This document shows, piece after piece, positions 1-9,934 of a stretch of DNA of 64,000 nt (position 1 is its first letter; the number at the start of each line of letters is the position of its first letter). The position numbers and the translations under genes were made by a program. The DNA is taken from the NCBI GenBank assembly GCA_002839315.1, contig PGXV01000004.1, forward strand, positions 98,787 through 162,786. The letters are read 5' to 3'. The notes beneath the pieces are model-generated. The model worked only from the letters and a program-made list of their open reading frames with translations, had not been told where the DNA came from and did no database searches. Source of the DNA: Spirochaetae bacterium HGW-Spirochaetae-3. GTDB lineage: Bacteria > Spirochaetota > Spirochaetia > Treponematales > UBA12059.

Positions 1-400
1 AGATGGTCTTTTCCTTCACCGTAAGGGCATCGAGTATCGCCTGGGTCCGGAGGCCAGCGTTGCCGATTATCGAGATCTTCGATACGGCGGGCTTCTCCTT
101 GACCTTGAATACGATCATGACGGCGGAATTAGCGGCGTCGGACGGGACGGCCTCCGGCGCGATCTCCTCGAAGAGATCCAGCTCGTATACCCTGGCGAGC
201 AGCGTCATCCACAGCTGGTCGTCGAAGGTCTTTCCCTTGAATTCCTTTATGATGGGATTCAGTTCTTCAGAGCCGACTACGACCGTTCCTTCGAAACGGA
301 TATTCTTTATCGTCTTGCCGACGTACCAGTCCGGAGCGGACTGGGCGAAGGCGACGGCCCCGACTGCCAGCAAGGCGAGAGTAGCCACGATTCGCTTCAT
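1..400 (-). CDS. bamA: Outer membrane protein assembly factor BamA, N-terminal part only (gene runs off the left edge)
   Basis: Not in the ORF track because there is no stop in the window. Manual reverse translation from the ATG at ~398-400 gives MKRIVATLALLAVGAVAFAQSAPDWYVGKTIKNIRFEGTVVVGSEELNPIIKEFKGKTFDDQLW...IVFKVKEKPAVSKISIIGNAGLRTQAILDAL. This is a signal peptide followed by POTRA-like repeats. It starts ~14 nt after the tamB stop, the tamB-bamA pairing known from Borrelia. Confidence 0.7.
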   Translation of the reverse strand, partial: MKRIVATLALLAVGAVAFAQSAPDWYVGKTIKNIRFEGTVVVGSEELNPIIKEFKGKTFDDQLWMTLLARVYELDLFEEIAPEAVPSDAANSAVMIVFKVKEKPAVSKISIIGNAGLRTQAILDALTVKEKTI

Positions 401-414
401 ACCAATGACCTTCC

Positions 415-3400
415 TCATTTTAAGGGGATTCTCCATAAGAACGAGAATGACTGATCTTCTATGAATAAGGAGTCCGCGTTTTTAGGCTGGACGCTCCAAT
501 TCAAGGTGAAATGCGGTGCCTTCCACTCGAGGCTGATGTCGGAGTCTAGACTCAACGAGTACGTCGATGCAAGCGGATCGTCGACCAAGGAAAGGGCCAC
601 CTGCAAGAACAGCTTGTCGCCTATATACTTGCCCGCGACGATCGCCGAGTCTTCAAGGTAATCCGACAGCGTCATGGCGCCCGTCGACCCCGACAAGCCC
701 GACAGGTCGTAGAGCCAGCGCTGGAACAGCTGGGATTGAACGACGAACAGGTCGAGGCCCAGTATGGCCTGCAGGTTGCGCTCCAGCACCGACATGACGT
801 TGAGCTGGGGTATGAGGTCGCTGTTCTCGACGATGGCCCGCCCGATGTCTATACTGCCTTCGCTCGTTCCGCCGAGCAGGTTATGCCCGAGCATCTGCAG
901 GATCTTGTCCTCTGGCATGCTCGGTACCGACTCGAGGACGAACGATAGGTCGGACAGGCGACGATTGACCGCCCGAAGGGTTATCAGTACCGGTCCGGAG
1001 ACCAATTCCGACTTGGACCGCGTCTCGGCCTCGGCGTTGATGACGGGATCGAACTGGTCGGCGTCCTCGTCGAATTCTATCGTCGCGTGCTTAAGGTAGA
1101 AATTGCGCTGAATATAGAAGACCGAACCGCCCCGGAGCGTCGTCGTGCCCTTCAGGCTATAATCACCGCGCGCCGCGTCGAAGGCCACCGCGAGCCGGCT
1201 CGACGGATCCGTCTGGCCGTATATCACCGGCAGGCGCTTGTTCGGGAAATAGACCCTGACGTTCTTGCCGAACGACAGGTCGAGGGCGCCGGTAAAATTA
1301 GTGCTCTCGTCGGCGCTCATCGATTGCCTCGCGACTCCGGTCGTCAGTACGATATCGCCGGACCGCATCTCGACCGATCCCCGTATGCTCGGGAGGTTCG
1401 CGTTGATATCGATGATCAGGTCCGGTTTCGCCGTGCCGACGATATCGAGCCCCAGGAGACGCATATCGACGGGGACGGCCCCGTCGCCTTCCGCCTTGAC
1501 GGTAACGATCATCTCGTCGGGGATACCGCCGCGCAGGCTTGACTCCAACGAGGCCATCAGGAGCGCGTCGCCGCACTTCAAGCCGGACTGCAGGGTTTCC
1601 ATCGTCCTCCCCGTAAAGTACAGGGGCTCGTCGAGCGGGCCTATGGGTTCCGGAACGAATCGCGGTACCGACAGGTACAGATTATCGAAATCGATCGTGC
1701 CCTCGATGGTCGGATCGAGCGCCTTGCCCCGTATGCGTAGCGAACCCCGGCCTATTCCCGACTCCGCGTCGATTATCGGGAGTCTCAGCAACGTGAACAG
1801 GAACGGCATGTCGATGCTGGCTTCCTCGACGTCGAGGCTGATGGCTCCCTGGGCGAGCACGCCGGCCGCCGAGAACGAGATCGGAAGAGACGCATCGAGG
1901 ACGAGGCTCAATTCTCCGTCGGCTCCCAAGCGCCCCTTGACCTGTTCGGCCGGACCGAGAGAAAGGCTCGTCGAACGGGCTACCCTCTCGACAGAGAACG
2001 GAACCGTGCCGAGGTCGCCTTCCGTCCATCGCGCCGATTCGAGGGCTCCCTTGACCAGATAGTCGTCGAACGGCGACGCGCCGATATCCTTCTTGGCCGC
2101 GGCTCCGCTATCCCCGGCGCGCAAGGCAGTCCCGGAGGCGACGAGCCTTCCATTGATCAGGTTCGTACGGATAGACAGTTGGATATCGGCAGAAAGCTCG
2201 GCGGCAGCGTCCGCGAAGCCGTAGCGGAACGAGAGGCCGGAAAGGTTCTGCCTTCCCAGGCGAATCCGCGTGTCGGACAACGTCACCTCTCCTCCACCAT
2301 ACGTGCCGATTCCCGACATGAACGGCAGATTCTCGGATCTTTGCCCCCCGTTGACGGTAAAAGAGAACGTCGCTTCGGGATCGTCGACATAGCCGGAAAC
2401 GCTCGCCTTCGCATCGATGACGCCGCGCAATACCGGGACGGAAAGGCGCCCGAGAGGAGCCCTCTCCACCGTGATGACGGTATTGATGGCCCCGCCAGGT
2501 CCGTAGTAGCCGCTACAGGCATAGGATTCTCCTTCGGGACCCGACATATTCGCGTCGCCCGATACTCGAAAACCGTCTCCCAGGGTCCAGGTTACGTTCG
2601 CGAAGCCCGTAAGAGCAGAAATAGCGTCTTTATACGACAGTCGCCCCAGCTTTCCGCCGGATTCGTCGAACGCGCCTGACGCCGAAATAGAAGGCAACGG
2701 CTTCGTGGAGCCGGGAGGTTGGGATAACGATACATCGCCGAGGACGACGTCCCAGCTCCGAGTCGACGCGTAACGGCCGTACGCGGACGCCGAGAAGAAC
2801 GACACGGAGCCAAAAACTGGGACAGGCATATCCGTGACGTCGAGACTACCGACGAATTCTCCCGCATCGCGCCTGGCGGTGATACGCAGCCCGAAGTCGC
2901 CGGTAACCATAAGCGCATCCTCGAGTATCGATCCGCGTATCTCGTACGGCACGTCATCGACGCGGAACGCAGCGTTGAAGCCGGATCCGGCCCGGCTTCC
3001 GTAGTCGATGGTAGCGGTACCGGATACGGACTTCCCCGCTATCGTGGCGTCGAACGAATTGATGGAAAAGCGGTCCAGGCTGCCCGAGAAGCTCATCATG
3101 CCGAATCCGTTGACGCGCCCGTCGTACACCAGCAGCAGCCCGGATGAATTATAGGATAGCCCGGAAAAATCGCTGAAGACCGAGAAGTCTCCCTGGACGT
3201 TAAGCGGAGCGAGCGCCCGCGCGCCGGAGGCTCCGACGAGCGCGTCGAGGAACCCGGGGAAGGCGGCGAAGGGAACCGCGCCGAGGCGGACAGCCGCCTC
3301 GATGTACGGAGCGCGCTTGAGCGAAGCGTCGCCCAGGAAGGCGGTGCCTTCTATCACGAGCCTGGCGGCGGTCGACGCGGAAGAGACTTCCATCGATTCA

Positions 3401-4785
3401 GCGTTGAAGAAACCGGAGGCGCGCGTCTCGACATAGGGTAACGCGACGTCGACGTAGTACGCTGCCGATGATCCGCCCAGCTCCACCGATACGGTAGCGT
3501 CGCGCAGTACGGCATCGGCCGCGCTTATCGTCGGGGCGTACGCGAACCAGGACGACCCGGCGCCCGACAGTTCGAACGAAGCCTCGACGCGAAGGCCCGG
3601 CCTCAGGGCGTAAGCCGCGGACAAAAGCCCCGTGGCCCCGCGGGTCGCGGGCGTCAGTTCACCCGAGAATCCTATATCGATCGCCTGGTTCCGCAAGGAA
3701 GCCTGCCGTACCCGAAAGGACGCCCAGGTACCGGAAGCGTCGATGGTGAGGCGCGGCCGGCCACCGTTCATCTTGAGCGGCGCGATTCCCGACGCCATCA
3801 CCGTCGCGGACGTCCCTTCCGGGCTCAGGTCGGTCCGGAGCGACAGATAGCCGGTAAGCGGCGACGTCATCCATGACGAGGCCTCCGCCAGCCTACCGCG
3901 AGGAATGAATAACGACGACGGAGCCCATGATGTAAAAGCAGCGTCGACGGCCAGCCGCCGCGATGCGGCGTCCCAGACGGCCTCGAGGCGTTCAAGCCCG
4001 TCCTGCGGCCGGATCGTCGCGCGGATGCCGGCAGCGTCGATTTCAGCGTCTATGCGCGCGCGAGAAAGCCGCCCGATATCGCTGTCGCCGGCCACGGCGG
4101 CCGAAAGGGACGCGGACTTGGCGTCGAGGTCGAGCGATGCGGTAATCGAGAACGGTAGCTCCGCGCCGCCGGCGACGAATCGCTTGATCGGATCGGCGCC
4201 GACGAGCGTACCCGCGGCGCTCGCGCTCACCCGGCCGCCGTCGCCCATGACGACGTCGGCGGCCCTGATCGAAGCCTCCGCGATGGCGCCTCCGTCGAAA
4301 GCGAGGCGTATGTTGGCCCGACGCAATTCTATCGCCAGCCCGACGGGGAAGGAAACCGATCCGGCCCTGCCGCTATCCGACCGGAAGCGTGAAGATAGCC
4401 GTCCGGCGAGCGCGACGGCCTCGTCATAGGTAGAGTCGACCAGGAACCCCTCTACGCGTATGGCCGAGATACGGAAGTGCCCGGAAATCGCGTCTAAAAC
4501 GCCGTAGTGCAGCTCGACCCGGGAAGCGCGGGCCATCGATACGCCGCCGCTACGTAATTCCAGCCCGCCGAGCGTTACGGACCCGAGCAATCGCGGAGAC
4601 GCCGACTCATACGAAACGCCTACGTCGAGCCCCTCGAGGAGAGAGGACGCGCCTCTCTCCAGAGTCAGGGCCATGGCCGACTCCACGCGTTCGAGTAGCA
4701 CCGGCGCGGCCAATACCCAGGCGGCGGCGACGGAGAGTATGACTATCGTGGCTATGACTACAGGCGCCGGTGCTCGGAGCTTCAC
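415..4785 (-). CDS. tamB: Translocation and assembly module protein TamB-like (DUF490-type C-terminus)
   Basis: 1456 aa. N-terminal membrane anchor (PVVIATIVILSVAAAWVLAAPVLL), a very long Gly/Ser/Ala-rich beta-type body, and a C-terminal end resembling DUF490 (LSLDSDISLEWKAPHFTLNWSV). Lies directly upstream of bamA. Confidence 0.75.
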   Translation of the reverse strand: MKLRAPAPVVIATIVILSVAAAWVLAAPVLLERVESAMALTLERGASSLLEGLDVGVSYESASPRLLGSVTLGGLELRSGGVSMARASRVELHYGVLDAISGHFRISAIRVEGFLVDSTYDEAVALAGRLSSRFRSDSGRAGSVSFPVGLAIELRRANIRLAFDGGAIAEASIRAADVVMGDGGRVSASAAGTLVGADPIKRFVAGGAELPFSITASLDLDAKSASLSAAVAGDSDIGRLSRARIDAEIDAAGIRATIRPQDGLERLEAVWDAASRRLAVDAAFTSWAPSSLFIPRGRLAEASSWMTSPLTGYLSLRTDLSPEGTSATVMASGIAPLKMNGGRPRLTIDASGTWASFRVRQASLRNQAIDIGFSGELTPATRGATGLLSAAYALRPGLRVEASFELSGAGSSWFAYAPTISAADAVLRDATVSVELGGSSAAYYVDVALPYVETRASGFFNAESMEVSSASTAARLVIEGTAFLGDASLKRAPYIEAAVRLGAVPFAAFPGFLDALVGASGARALAPLNVQGDFSVFSDFSGLSYNSSGLLLVYDGRVNGFGMMSFSGSLDRFSINSFDATIAGKSVSGTATIDYGSRAGSGFNAAFRVDDVPYEIRGSILEDALMVTGDFGLRITARRDAGEFVGSLDVTDMPVPVFGSVSFFSASAYGRYASTRSWDVVLGDVSLSQPPGSTKPLPSISASGAFDESGGKLGRLSYKDAISALTGFANVTWTLGDGFRVSGDANMSGPEGESYACSGYYGPGGAINTVITVERAPLGRLSVPVLRGVIDAKASVSGYVDDPEATFSFTVNGGQRSENLPFMSGIGTYGGGEVTLSDTRIRLGRQNLSGLSFRYGFADAAAELSADIQLSIRTNLINGRLVASGTALRAGDSGAAAKKDIGASPFDDYLVKGALESARWTEGDLGTVPFSVERVARSTSLSLGPAEQVKGRLGADGELSLVLDASLPISFSAAGVLAQGAISLDVEEASIDMPFLFTLLRLPIIDAESGIGRGSLRIRGKALDPTIEGTIDFDNLYLSVPRFVPEPIGPLDEPLYFTGRTMETLQSGLKCGDALLMASLESSLRGGIPDEMIVTVKAEGDGAVPVDMRLLGLDIVGTAKPDLIIDINANLPSIRGSVEMRSGDIVLTTGVARQSMSADESTNFTGALDLSFGKNVRVYFPNKRLPVIYGQTDPSSRLAVAFDAARGDYSLKGTTTLRGGSVFYIQRNFYLKHATIEFDEDADQFDPVINAEAETRSKSELVSGPVLITLRAVNRRLSDLSFVLESVPSMPEDKILQMLGHNLLGGTSEGSIDIGRAIVENSDLIPQLNVMSVLERNLQAILGLDLFVVQSQLFQRWLYDLSGLSGSTGAMTLSDYLEDSAIVAGKYIGDKLFLQVALSLVDDPLASTYSLSLDSDISLEWKAPHFTLNWSVQPKNADSLFIEDQSFSFLWRIPLK

Positions 4786-4850
4786 GACAGCTACAGTACC
4801 ACAGAGGGGGGCCTTGCGCCAGAACGCGCGCGAAGATATGCTCCGAACCG

Positions 4851-5492
4851 ATGGTACATCGAAAAGATATCATACGGGGTTTCGTCGTATTCGAAGGGAT
4901 AGACGGAACAGGAACGACCACGCAACTCTCCCGGCTCGGCCGGCGGCTCGCTGAGGCCGGCGTACCGTTTAACGCGAGCTGCGAACCCACGCCCGGCCCC
5001 GTAGGGGTCATGATCAGGCAGGCCCTTTCCGGCGCCTACGCCGCGCTTCCGGAAACGGTGGCGAGGCTCTTCGCGACCGACCGCGGCGAGCACCTCTATG
5101 GCGCTGACGGTATCGTCGAACGAACGGGCCGCGGCGAAATCGCCGTCAGCGACAGGTACTTCTTCTCGTCTCTCGCCTACCAGGGCCTGACCTGCGGCCC
5201 GGATCTACCCGCGGCCCTCAACGCGCCGTTCCCGCTACCGGAACTGCTCATCTTCTTCGAGCTCGATCCCGTCGTCGCCGCCGAGCGCATGGCTACCCGT
5301 TCCGCGCTCGATATTTACGAGAACATCGGATTCCAACGGCGCGTAGCGGCGGCTTATAAGGATATCGTCGAATCGTTCGACGGCGCGGGCATGACGATAG
5401 CGAGGATAGACGCGTCGGCGAGGCCGGACGACGTCGAAGCGGCGGTATGGAACGCGATGGCGCCCCTCGTCGAGCGCGCGATAAGGCGCTAG
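4851..5492 (+). CDS. tmk: Thymidylate (dTMP) kinase family protein with an atypical P-loop
   Basis: Internal ATG (M28 of track ORF 4770..5492) gives MVHRKDIIRGFVVFEGIDGTGTTTQLSRL.., the classic Tmk N-terminus. SDRYFFSSLAYQ corresponds to the DRY/LID region. The first 27 codons of the track ORF overlap the tamB start and are unlikely to be coding. Confidence 0.75.
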   Translation: MVHRKDIIRGFVVFEGIDGTGTTTQLSRLGRRLAEAGVPFNASCEPTPGPVGVMIRQALSGAYAALPETVARLFATDRGEHLYGADGIVERTGRGEIAVSDRYFFSSLAYQGLTCGPDLPAALNAPFPLPELLIFFELDPVVAAERMATRSALDIYENIGFQRRVAAAYKDIVESFDGAGMTIARIDASARPDDVEAAVWNAMAPLVERAIRR

Positions 5493-5532
5493 GGCTATCC
5501 TCGGACGCCGACCGCGCCGATACTCGTAGTGA

Positions 5533-6132
5533 ATGAAACGCTTCGTCGCGATCTGCTTATTCCTTATCGCCTCCTCCAACGCGTTGCCGGGTTACCCCGT
5601 CTATTACAAGGAACAGTTCTACAAGCTGTACCATACGCATTACATCCAGTATCCCGACGATACGATAGAGAACATCTACTGGCTCGAGCAGGCCAGGAAG
5701 GCCGATTTCTGCAACCCGCTGTACGCGCTCGCCAAGATCGAGGACGAGCGTCACTGGGAAAAGTACCGATACCTCTTCAACATGCACATCGACCTCAAGA
5801 TGATAGAGCAGCACCTGTACCTGGGAGCCAAGTTCGACAAGCGGGTCGCGTACTTCTATAACGCTCCGTGGAAGCGGGAGAACCTCGAGAGCCTCAAGAC
5901 GGCCGAGACGGCCTACCGCGCCGCCCTGACGTATTGGTCGAGCGCCAAGGAATGGGCCAAGAAAGCCGAGGGCATACGCTTCATGTACCTGCCCGAGGTC
6001 CAGTTCTGGGAGGGCGAGGCGTTCCGGATAACCGAGGGCGCTCTCGACTACGAGCGTATCATAGGGCGCGAGCTCGAGAGGCTGGCCAAGGTACGCTCCG
6101 ATTTCGAGGCGATGGACGAGGCCGGATATTGA
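5533..6132 (+). CDS. Secreted hypothetical protein (Tyr/Trp/Lys/Glu-rich, helical)
   Basis: 199 aa with a signal peptide MKRFVAICLFLIASSNA. The coding-like composition differs from the overlapping Arg-rich frames. No family recognised. Confidence 0.6.
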   Translation: MKRFVAICLFLIASSNALPGYPVYYKEQFYKLYHTHYIQYPDDTIENIYWLEQARKADFCNPLYALAKIEDERHWEKYRYLFNMHIDLKMIEQHLYLGAKFDKRVAYFYNAPWKRENLESLKTAETAYRAALTYWSSAKEWAKKAEGIRFMYLPEVQFWEGEAFRITEGALDYERIIGRELERLAKVRSDFEAMDEAGY

Positions 6133-6752
6133 GCCGGGACAGGACGGCGCTGCTCGTCATCGGGGGCGACGCGCCTCCGTTCAGCGCTATCGAGGGTCGC
6201 TTGCCGGAATTCTCGTTCATATGCGCTGCCGACTCCGGCCTCGACGCGCTGAGATCCTGGGGCCTACGGCCGGACCTCGTCGTCGGCGACATGGACTCAG
6301 TGTCCGACCCGTCGATACTGGCCGATTATCCCGACGTACTGACGTTCCCGCGGGACAAGGACGAGCTGGATACGGAGATAGGACTCCGGGAACTCCGCTC
6401 TCGCGGTTTCGGCAGGATCGTCATGGCGGGCGGAGGCGGCGGGAGGCTCGACCACCTATTGGCGTTGCGCTCGTTGCTGGAACGCCCGAGCGGGCCCGAC
6501 GAATGGATATGCAGGTCCGAGCGCGTGGTGAGGATAGACGAGCCGGCTCGATTCAGCGTATCTCCCGGATCGATCGTATCGGTATTCCCCTTGGCCGCCG
6601 GCGCGTCGGGCATGCATAGCGAGGGGCTCAAGTGGCCGCTTGACGGCCTCTCGTGGGACGCTAGCCGCTTCGGCGTATCGAACGTCGCCGCGAAGGGCGA
6701 GATACTCATAGACCCGGGCCAGCGCCCGGTGTTCGCCATACTGCCGCTATAG
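6129..6752 (+). CDS. thiN: Thiamine pyrophosphokinase
   Basis: C-terminal ~207 aa of track ORF 5868..6752. Motifs LLVIGGD, CAADSG, VVGDMDS and RDKDELDTE, plus a C-terminal thiamine-binding-like domain. The probable TTG start at 6129 overlaps the stop of the preceding gene. Confidence 0.75.
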   Translation: MSRDRTALLVIGGDAPPFSAIEGRLPEFSFICAADSGLDALRSWGLRPDLVVGDMDSVSDPSILADYPDVLTFPRDKDELDTEIGLRELRSRGFGRIVMAGGGGGRLDHLLALRSLLERPSGPDEWICRSERVVRIDEPARFSVSPGSIVSVFPLAAGASGMHSEGLKWPLDGLSWDASRFGVSNVAAKGEILIDPGQRPVFAILPL

Positions 6753-6758
6753 CCCGTC

Positions 6759-7247
6759 CTACGAACGAATCCTGGTCGCGAACTCCTCTTGGAGCACGCG
6801 TTGCGTGTCCTTCGGATCCTGCACGAGCACCCTCATGCCCGCCATCAGCTCGGCTATGCCTATTTCCCGGGGATAGCGCGGGATGATATGCCAGTGCAGG
6901 TGGTCGATGCTCGCCCCCGCGACGAGGCCCATGTTGCAGCCTATATTGTACGCCGCGGGCCCGTGGGTAGCGTCCAGCACGTCCAGGCATAGACGGGTCA
7001 ACGAGTCGAGGTCGACCCGCTCTTCCTGGCTCAGCTCGCGCAGATCGCGCACGTGGCGCTTGGGAAAAACGAGCAGGTGGCCCGGATTATAGGGGTACAG
7101 GTTAAGCGACACGATGGATAACCCGGTCTCGTGGACGATCAGGCTCTGAACCTCGTCGGAACCGTCCCGGACGAGGCAGAGTATGCACCCTTCGGGACGC
7201 TTCCCCTTCAGGTAGACCATCTTGTCGAAGTTGAAGAAGTAGTCCAT
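6759..7247 (-). CDS. HIT family nucleotide hydrolase/transferase
   Basis: 162 aa. Histidine triad HLHWHIIPR and an N-terminal CxxC (CILC), as in Ap4A-phosphorylase-like HIT proteins. Confidence 0.8.
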   Translation of the reverse strand: MDYFFNFDKMVYLKGKRPEGCILCLVRDGSDEVQSLIVHETGLSIVSLNLYPYNPGHLLVFPKRHVRDLRELSQEERVDLDSLTRLCLDVLDATHGPAAYNIGCNMGLVAGASIDHLHWHIIPRYPREIGIAELMAGMRVLVQDPKDTQRVLQEEFATRIRS

Positions 7248-7249
7248 CG

Positions 7250-8050
7250 CTATTTACCGACCACCGGCCTCGGGGGGATTCCGGCCTCGATAGCCAGATA
7301 GTCGACGAGGGACGGATAGCGCTCCAGGAGCTCGCCGTAGCGCTGAAGCACGTCGATCCGGACCTGATCCTCGGCGGCTCGGCTCGACGCCGCTACGAGA
7401 ACCGGCTCTACCGACGCCCTGAAACGGTCCATATACGAAGAATAGAGCCGCCTCGCCTCTTCGTACAGCCTTGGATCGGGCGTCCGGGACGAGACGATCC
7501 GTACGCCGCGCACGTCGAGCGAAGGATGGCCGGCCGACACGGCGAGCGCCAGCGACGCCTCGTCGATGTCGCCGGAGCCGTCCATTACCGATCGAAGCGC
7601 GGCCCTGAGGTCGGACGCGGCCAGCTCTATCTCGGATTCTAGCCATGCCGAGAGCGACTCGTCGTCGGCTACGCCCCATCGCTCGTACAGCGCCGGGAGG
7701 TCGGATGGATCGGGCGCGGCTATTATCCTGGCGCTGAAGGCGTACGTGAAGTCGGGCTGGCCGGCCATGAAGGCGCTATACGCCGCCGCCGACGGTAGTT
7801 CGCCGGATACCTCGAGCGAACGCTCCGATGCCCGCGGGGACAGCTTGACGAGCCTGACGTTCGTCGGCAGAAGCGCGGCGGCGCTCCACCGGAAGCCTCC
7901 AGGGGCGACGACCCTGGCGTCGACGCCGCCTGTCTTGGTAACGAGCACGGCGTAGCTACCCGGTTCTAGCCTAAGCGGCAGCCAACCGATGAGGAAGACG
8001 GCGCCACCGAGTAGCGCGAGCGTGATGATCGTCCAACCGAAGCGTCTCAT
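7250..8050 (-). CDS. Membrane-anchored hypothetical protein (possibly SPFH-like)
   Basis: 266 aa. N-terminal TM helix WTIITLALLGGAVFLIGWL followed by PGSYAVLVTKTGG, reminiscent of band-7/SPFH N-termini. 3 nt from the HIT gene start. Confidence 0.5.
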   Translation of the reverse strand: MRRFGWTIITLALLGGAVFLIGWLPLRLEPGSYAVLVTKTGGVDARVVAPGGFRWSAAALLPTNVRLVKLSPRASERSLEVSGELPSAAAYSAFMAGQPDFTYAFSARIIAAPDPSDLPALYERWGVADDESLSAWLESEIELAASDLRAALRSVMDGSGDIDEASLALAVSAGHPSLDVRGVRIVSSRTPDPRLYEEARRLYSSYMDRFRASVEPVLVAASSRAAEDQVRIDVLQRYGELLERYPSLVDYLAIEAGIPPRPVVGK

Positions 8051-8129
8051 GCATATGGTTATACATGAAATCCGCCGTTCTTTCCACCTGGACTTGCACG
8101 CCCCGTCACCGCCGCGCTAGAGTACCCTC

Positions 8130-9332
8130 ATGTCGGACGACCGCGCGCTGAGCGTCAGCGAACTGACCGGAATCGTCAAGAGCCTCCTCGAGGAATCCCT
8201 GCCGGACGTATTGGTCGAGGGAGAGATATCCAATTGGCGCCCCGCCGCCTCCGGGCACGTCTATTTCACGCTCAAGGACTCGGGAGCGTCGCTACAGGCG
8301 GTGATGTTCAAAGGCAGGGCCGCGCGCCTCGCGTTCAGGCCGGCCGACGGCGCGCTCGTCAGGGCCCGCGGCGCGCTAGGCGTCTACGCTGCCCGCGGCC
8401 AGTACCAGCTCGTCGTCGAATCGATGCAGAAGGCCGGAGAGGGCGACATCCTCGCGATGCTCGAGGAGAGGAAGCGCGCGCTCGCCGCCGAGGGCCTCTT
8501 CGACTCGGGCCGCAAGCCGCCTATCCCGGCCTTTCCCGCGCGCGTCGCCGTCGTCACCTCCCCGACGGGCGCCGCCCTCCGCGACATCCTGTCGGTCCTC
8601 GGCCGCCGCAACGCGGGCATACGGGTCACGATACTGCCCGCCGTCGTACAGGGCGACGAGGCGCCCGCCGCGATCGTACGCCAGATAGAGACGGCCAACG
8701 CCTTCGACCTCGGCGACGTCATCATCATTGGCAGGGGCGGCGGATCTCTCGAGGATCTCCTCGCTTTCTCCGACGAGGCCGTCGTCAGGGCCGTCGCCGC
8801 GTCGCGGATTCCGATTATAAGCGCCGTCGGCCACGAGATAGACTGGAGCCTCAGCGACTACGCCGCGTCGCTCCGGGCTCCGACGCCGAGCGCCGCGGCC
8901 GAGCTCGTCTCGGAGAGCGCGTCTGCCGTAGCCGACCGCGTCGTAATCGCGGCCGACTCGCTCGCGCTGAGCATCCGCGCCCGACTGGAGCGCGCCAGGC
9001 TCCTCGTCGAGTCGTTCTCCCCGGAGAGCCTGGAGATGCGCTTCGAGCGAGCGCTACAGCCGTTGCGGCAACGATTCGACGACGCCAAGGAGACGATAGC
9101 GAGAGGAGCCAAGGACGCGTGCTTAAGCGCCCGGCATCGTCGGTCGTCTGCCGACGCCGTGCTACGAGCCGCGGACCCGATGGCGATACTGTCCAGGGGC
9201 TTCGCCGTCGTCAGGCGCGAAGGCGAAGCGAGGGCCGTAAGGGATGCGTCGGCGCTCGCGCCTGGAGAATCGGTAACGATTACATTCGCCGCTGGCGGCG
9301 CCGTCGCCAGCATTGTGGAGGTCAAGCCATGA
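8130..9332 (+). CDS. xseA: Exodeoxyribonuclease VII large subunit
   Basis: 400 aa. N-terminal OB fold (LSVSELTGIVKSLLE..VEGEISNW..SGHVYFTLKD) and the catalytic-domain pattern ARVAVVTSPTGAA..RGGGS.EDL. Confidence 0.9.
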   Translation: MSDDRALSVSELTGIVKSLLEESLPDVLVEGEISNWRPAASGHVYFTLKDSGASLQAVMFKGRAARLAFRPADGALVRARGALGVYAARGQYQLVVESMQKAGEGDILAMLEERKRALAAEGLFDSGRKPPIPAFPARVAVVTSPTGAALRDILSVLGRRNAGIRVTILPAVVQGDEAPAAIVRQIETANAFDLGDVIIIGRGGGSLEDLLAFSDEAVVRAVAASRIPIISAVGHEIDWSLSDYAASLRAPTPSAAAELVSESASAVADRVVIAADSLALSIRARLERARLLVESFSPESLEMRFERALQPLRQRFDDAKETIARGAKDACLSARHRRSSADAVLRAADPMAILSRGFAVVRREGEARAVRDASALAPGESVTITFAAGGAVASIVEVKP

Positions 9333-9562
9333 AGAACTTCGAGGAACGACTCAAGCGGCTGGAAGAGCTGTCGGAAACCATAAGGGAACCGGATCTGGCG
9401 CTCGAGGACGCCGTCGCGATATTCGAGGAAGGCGTAAAACTGTCCAAGGGATTGGAGAAGGATCTCGATCGCATCGAGTCGCGGGTAGAGATACTGCTGA
9501 ACCAACCGGCCGCGCCCGATGGAAAACCGGAATTGGGCCTATTCGATTCAGACGACGAGTAA
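9329..9562 (+). CDS. xseB: Exodeoxyribonuclease VII small subunit
   Basis: Last 77 aa of track ORF 8234..9562: MKNFEERLKRLEELSETIREPDLALEDAVAIFEEGVKLSKGLEKDL. ATGA overlap with the xseA stop. Confidence 0.9.
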   Translation: MKNFEERLKRLEELSETIREPDLALEDAVAIFEEGVKLSKGLEKDLDRIESRVEILLNQPAAPDGKPELGLFDSDDE

Positions 9563-9934
9563 GGGCGTTATGAAAGGCACGAGTGACCGGTCGGAATCCG
9601 AAAGGTCGAGCGATGCGATAGACGCGGCGTTCGCCCAACGGACCTCGTCGTGCTCGAGTAGCGCTACCGGCTCTCCGGCGAACGAGACGAGTATCGCCGC
9701 GAGCTCATAGCGCTTTCCGCCGTTCTCGAACGACGACTCGCCTATCGTCTCGCCGGCATCGACGCGCAGGCCGAATTCCTCGTCGAATTCGCGTACGGCC
9801 GCCTCCGCGTCCGATTCGCCGGGCTCGAGCTTGCCGCCCGGGAATTCCCATTTCCCGCCCATCGCCCCACCCGGGCGCCTGCGGGCGACGAAGACGAGTC
9901 CTCCGCGAATCGCTATGCCGGCGACCGAACGCAT
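9548..9934 (-). CDS. NUDIX hydrolase (MutT-like)
   Basis: 128 aa with a Nudix box GKWEFPGGKLEPGESDAEAAVREFDEEFGL. Confidence 0.85.
   Translation of the reverse strand: MRSVAGIAIRGGLVFVARRRPGGAMGGKWEFPGGKLEPGESDAEAAVREFDEEFGLRVDAGETIGESSFENGGKRYELAAILVSFAGEPVALLEHDEVRWANAASIASLDLSDSDRSLVPFITPLLVV

Noticed and set aside
3-464. 153-aa plus-strand ORF at the left edge
   Set aside because: It is antisense to the bamA N-terminus and the tamB 3' end. The bamA reading gives a clean signal peptide and POTRA sequence.
5868-6128. N-terminal extension of the thiamine pyrophosphokinase ORF
   Set aside because: It overlaps the better-supported secreted protein gene 5533..6132 in another frame, and the extension is Arg/Gly-rich. 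A TTG at 6129 gives a normal-length TPK.
8234-9328. N-terminal 365 codons of the 442-aa ORF 8234..9562
   Set aside because: It is an Arg/Pro/Gly-rich alternative frame of xseA. Only the last 77 codons (xseB) look real.
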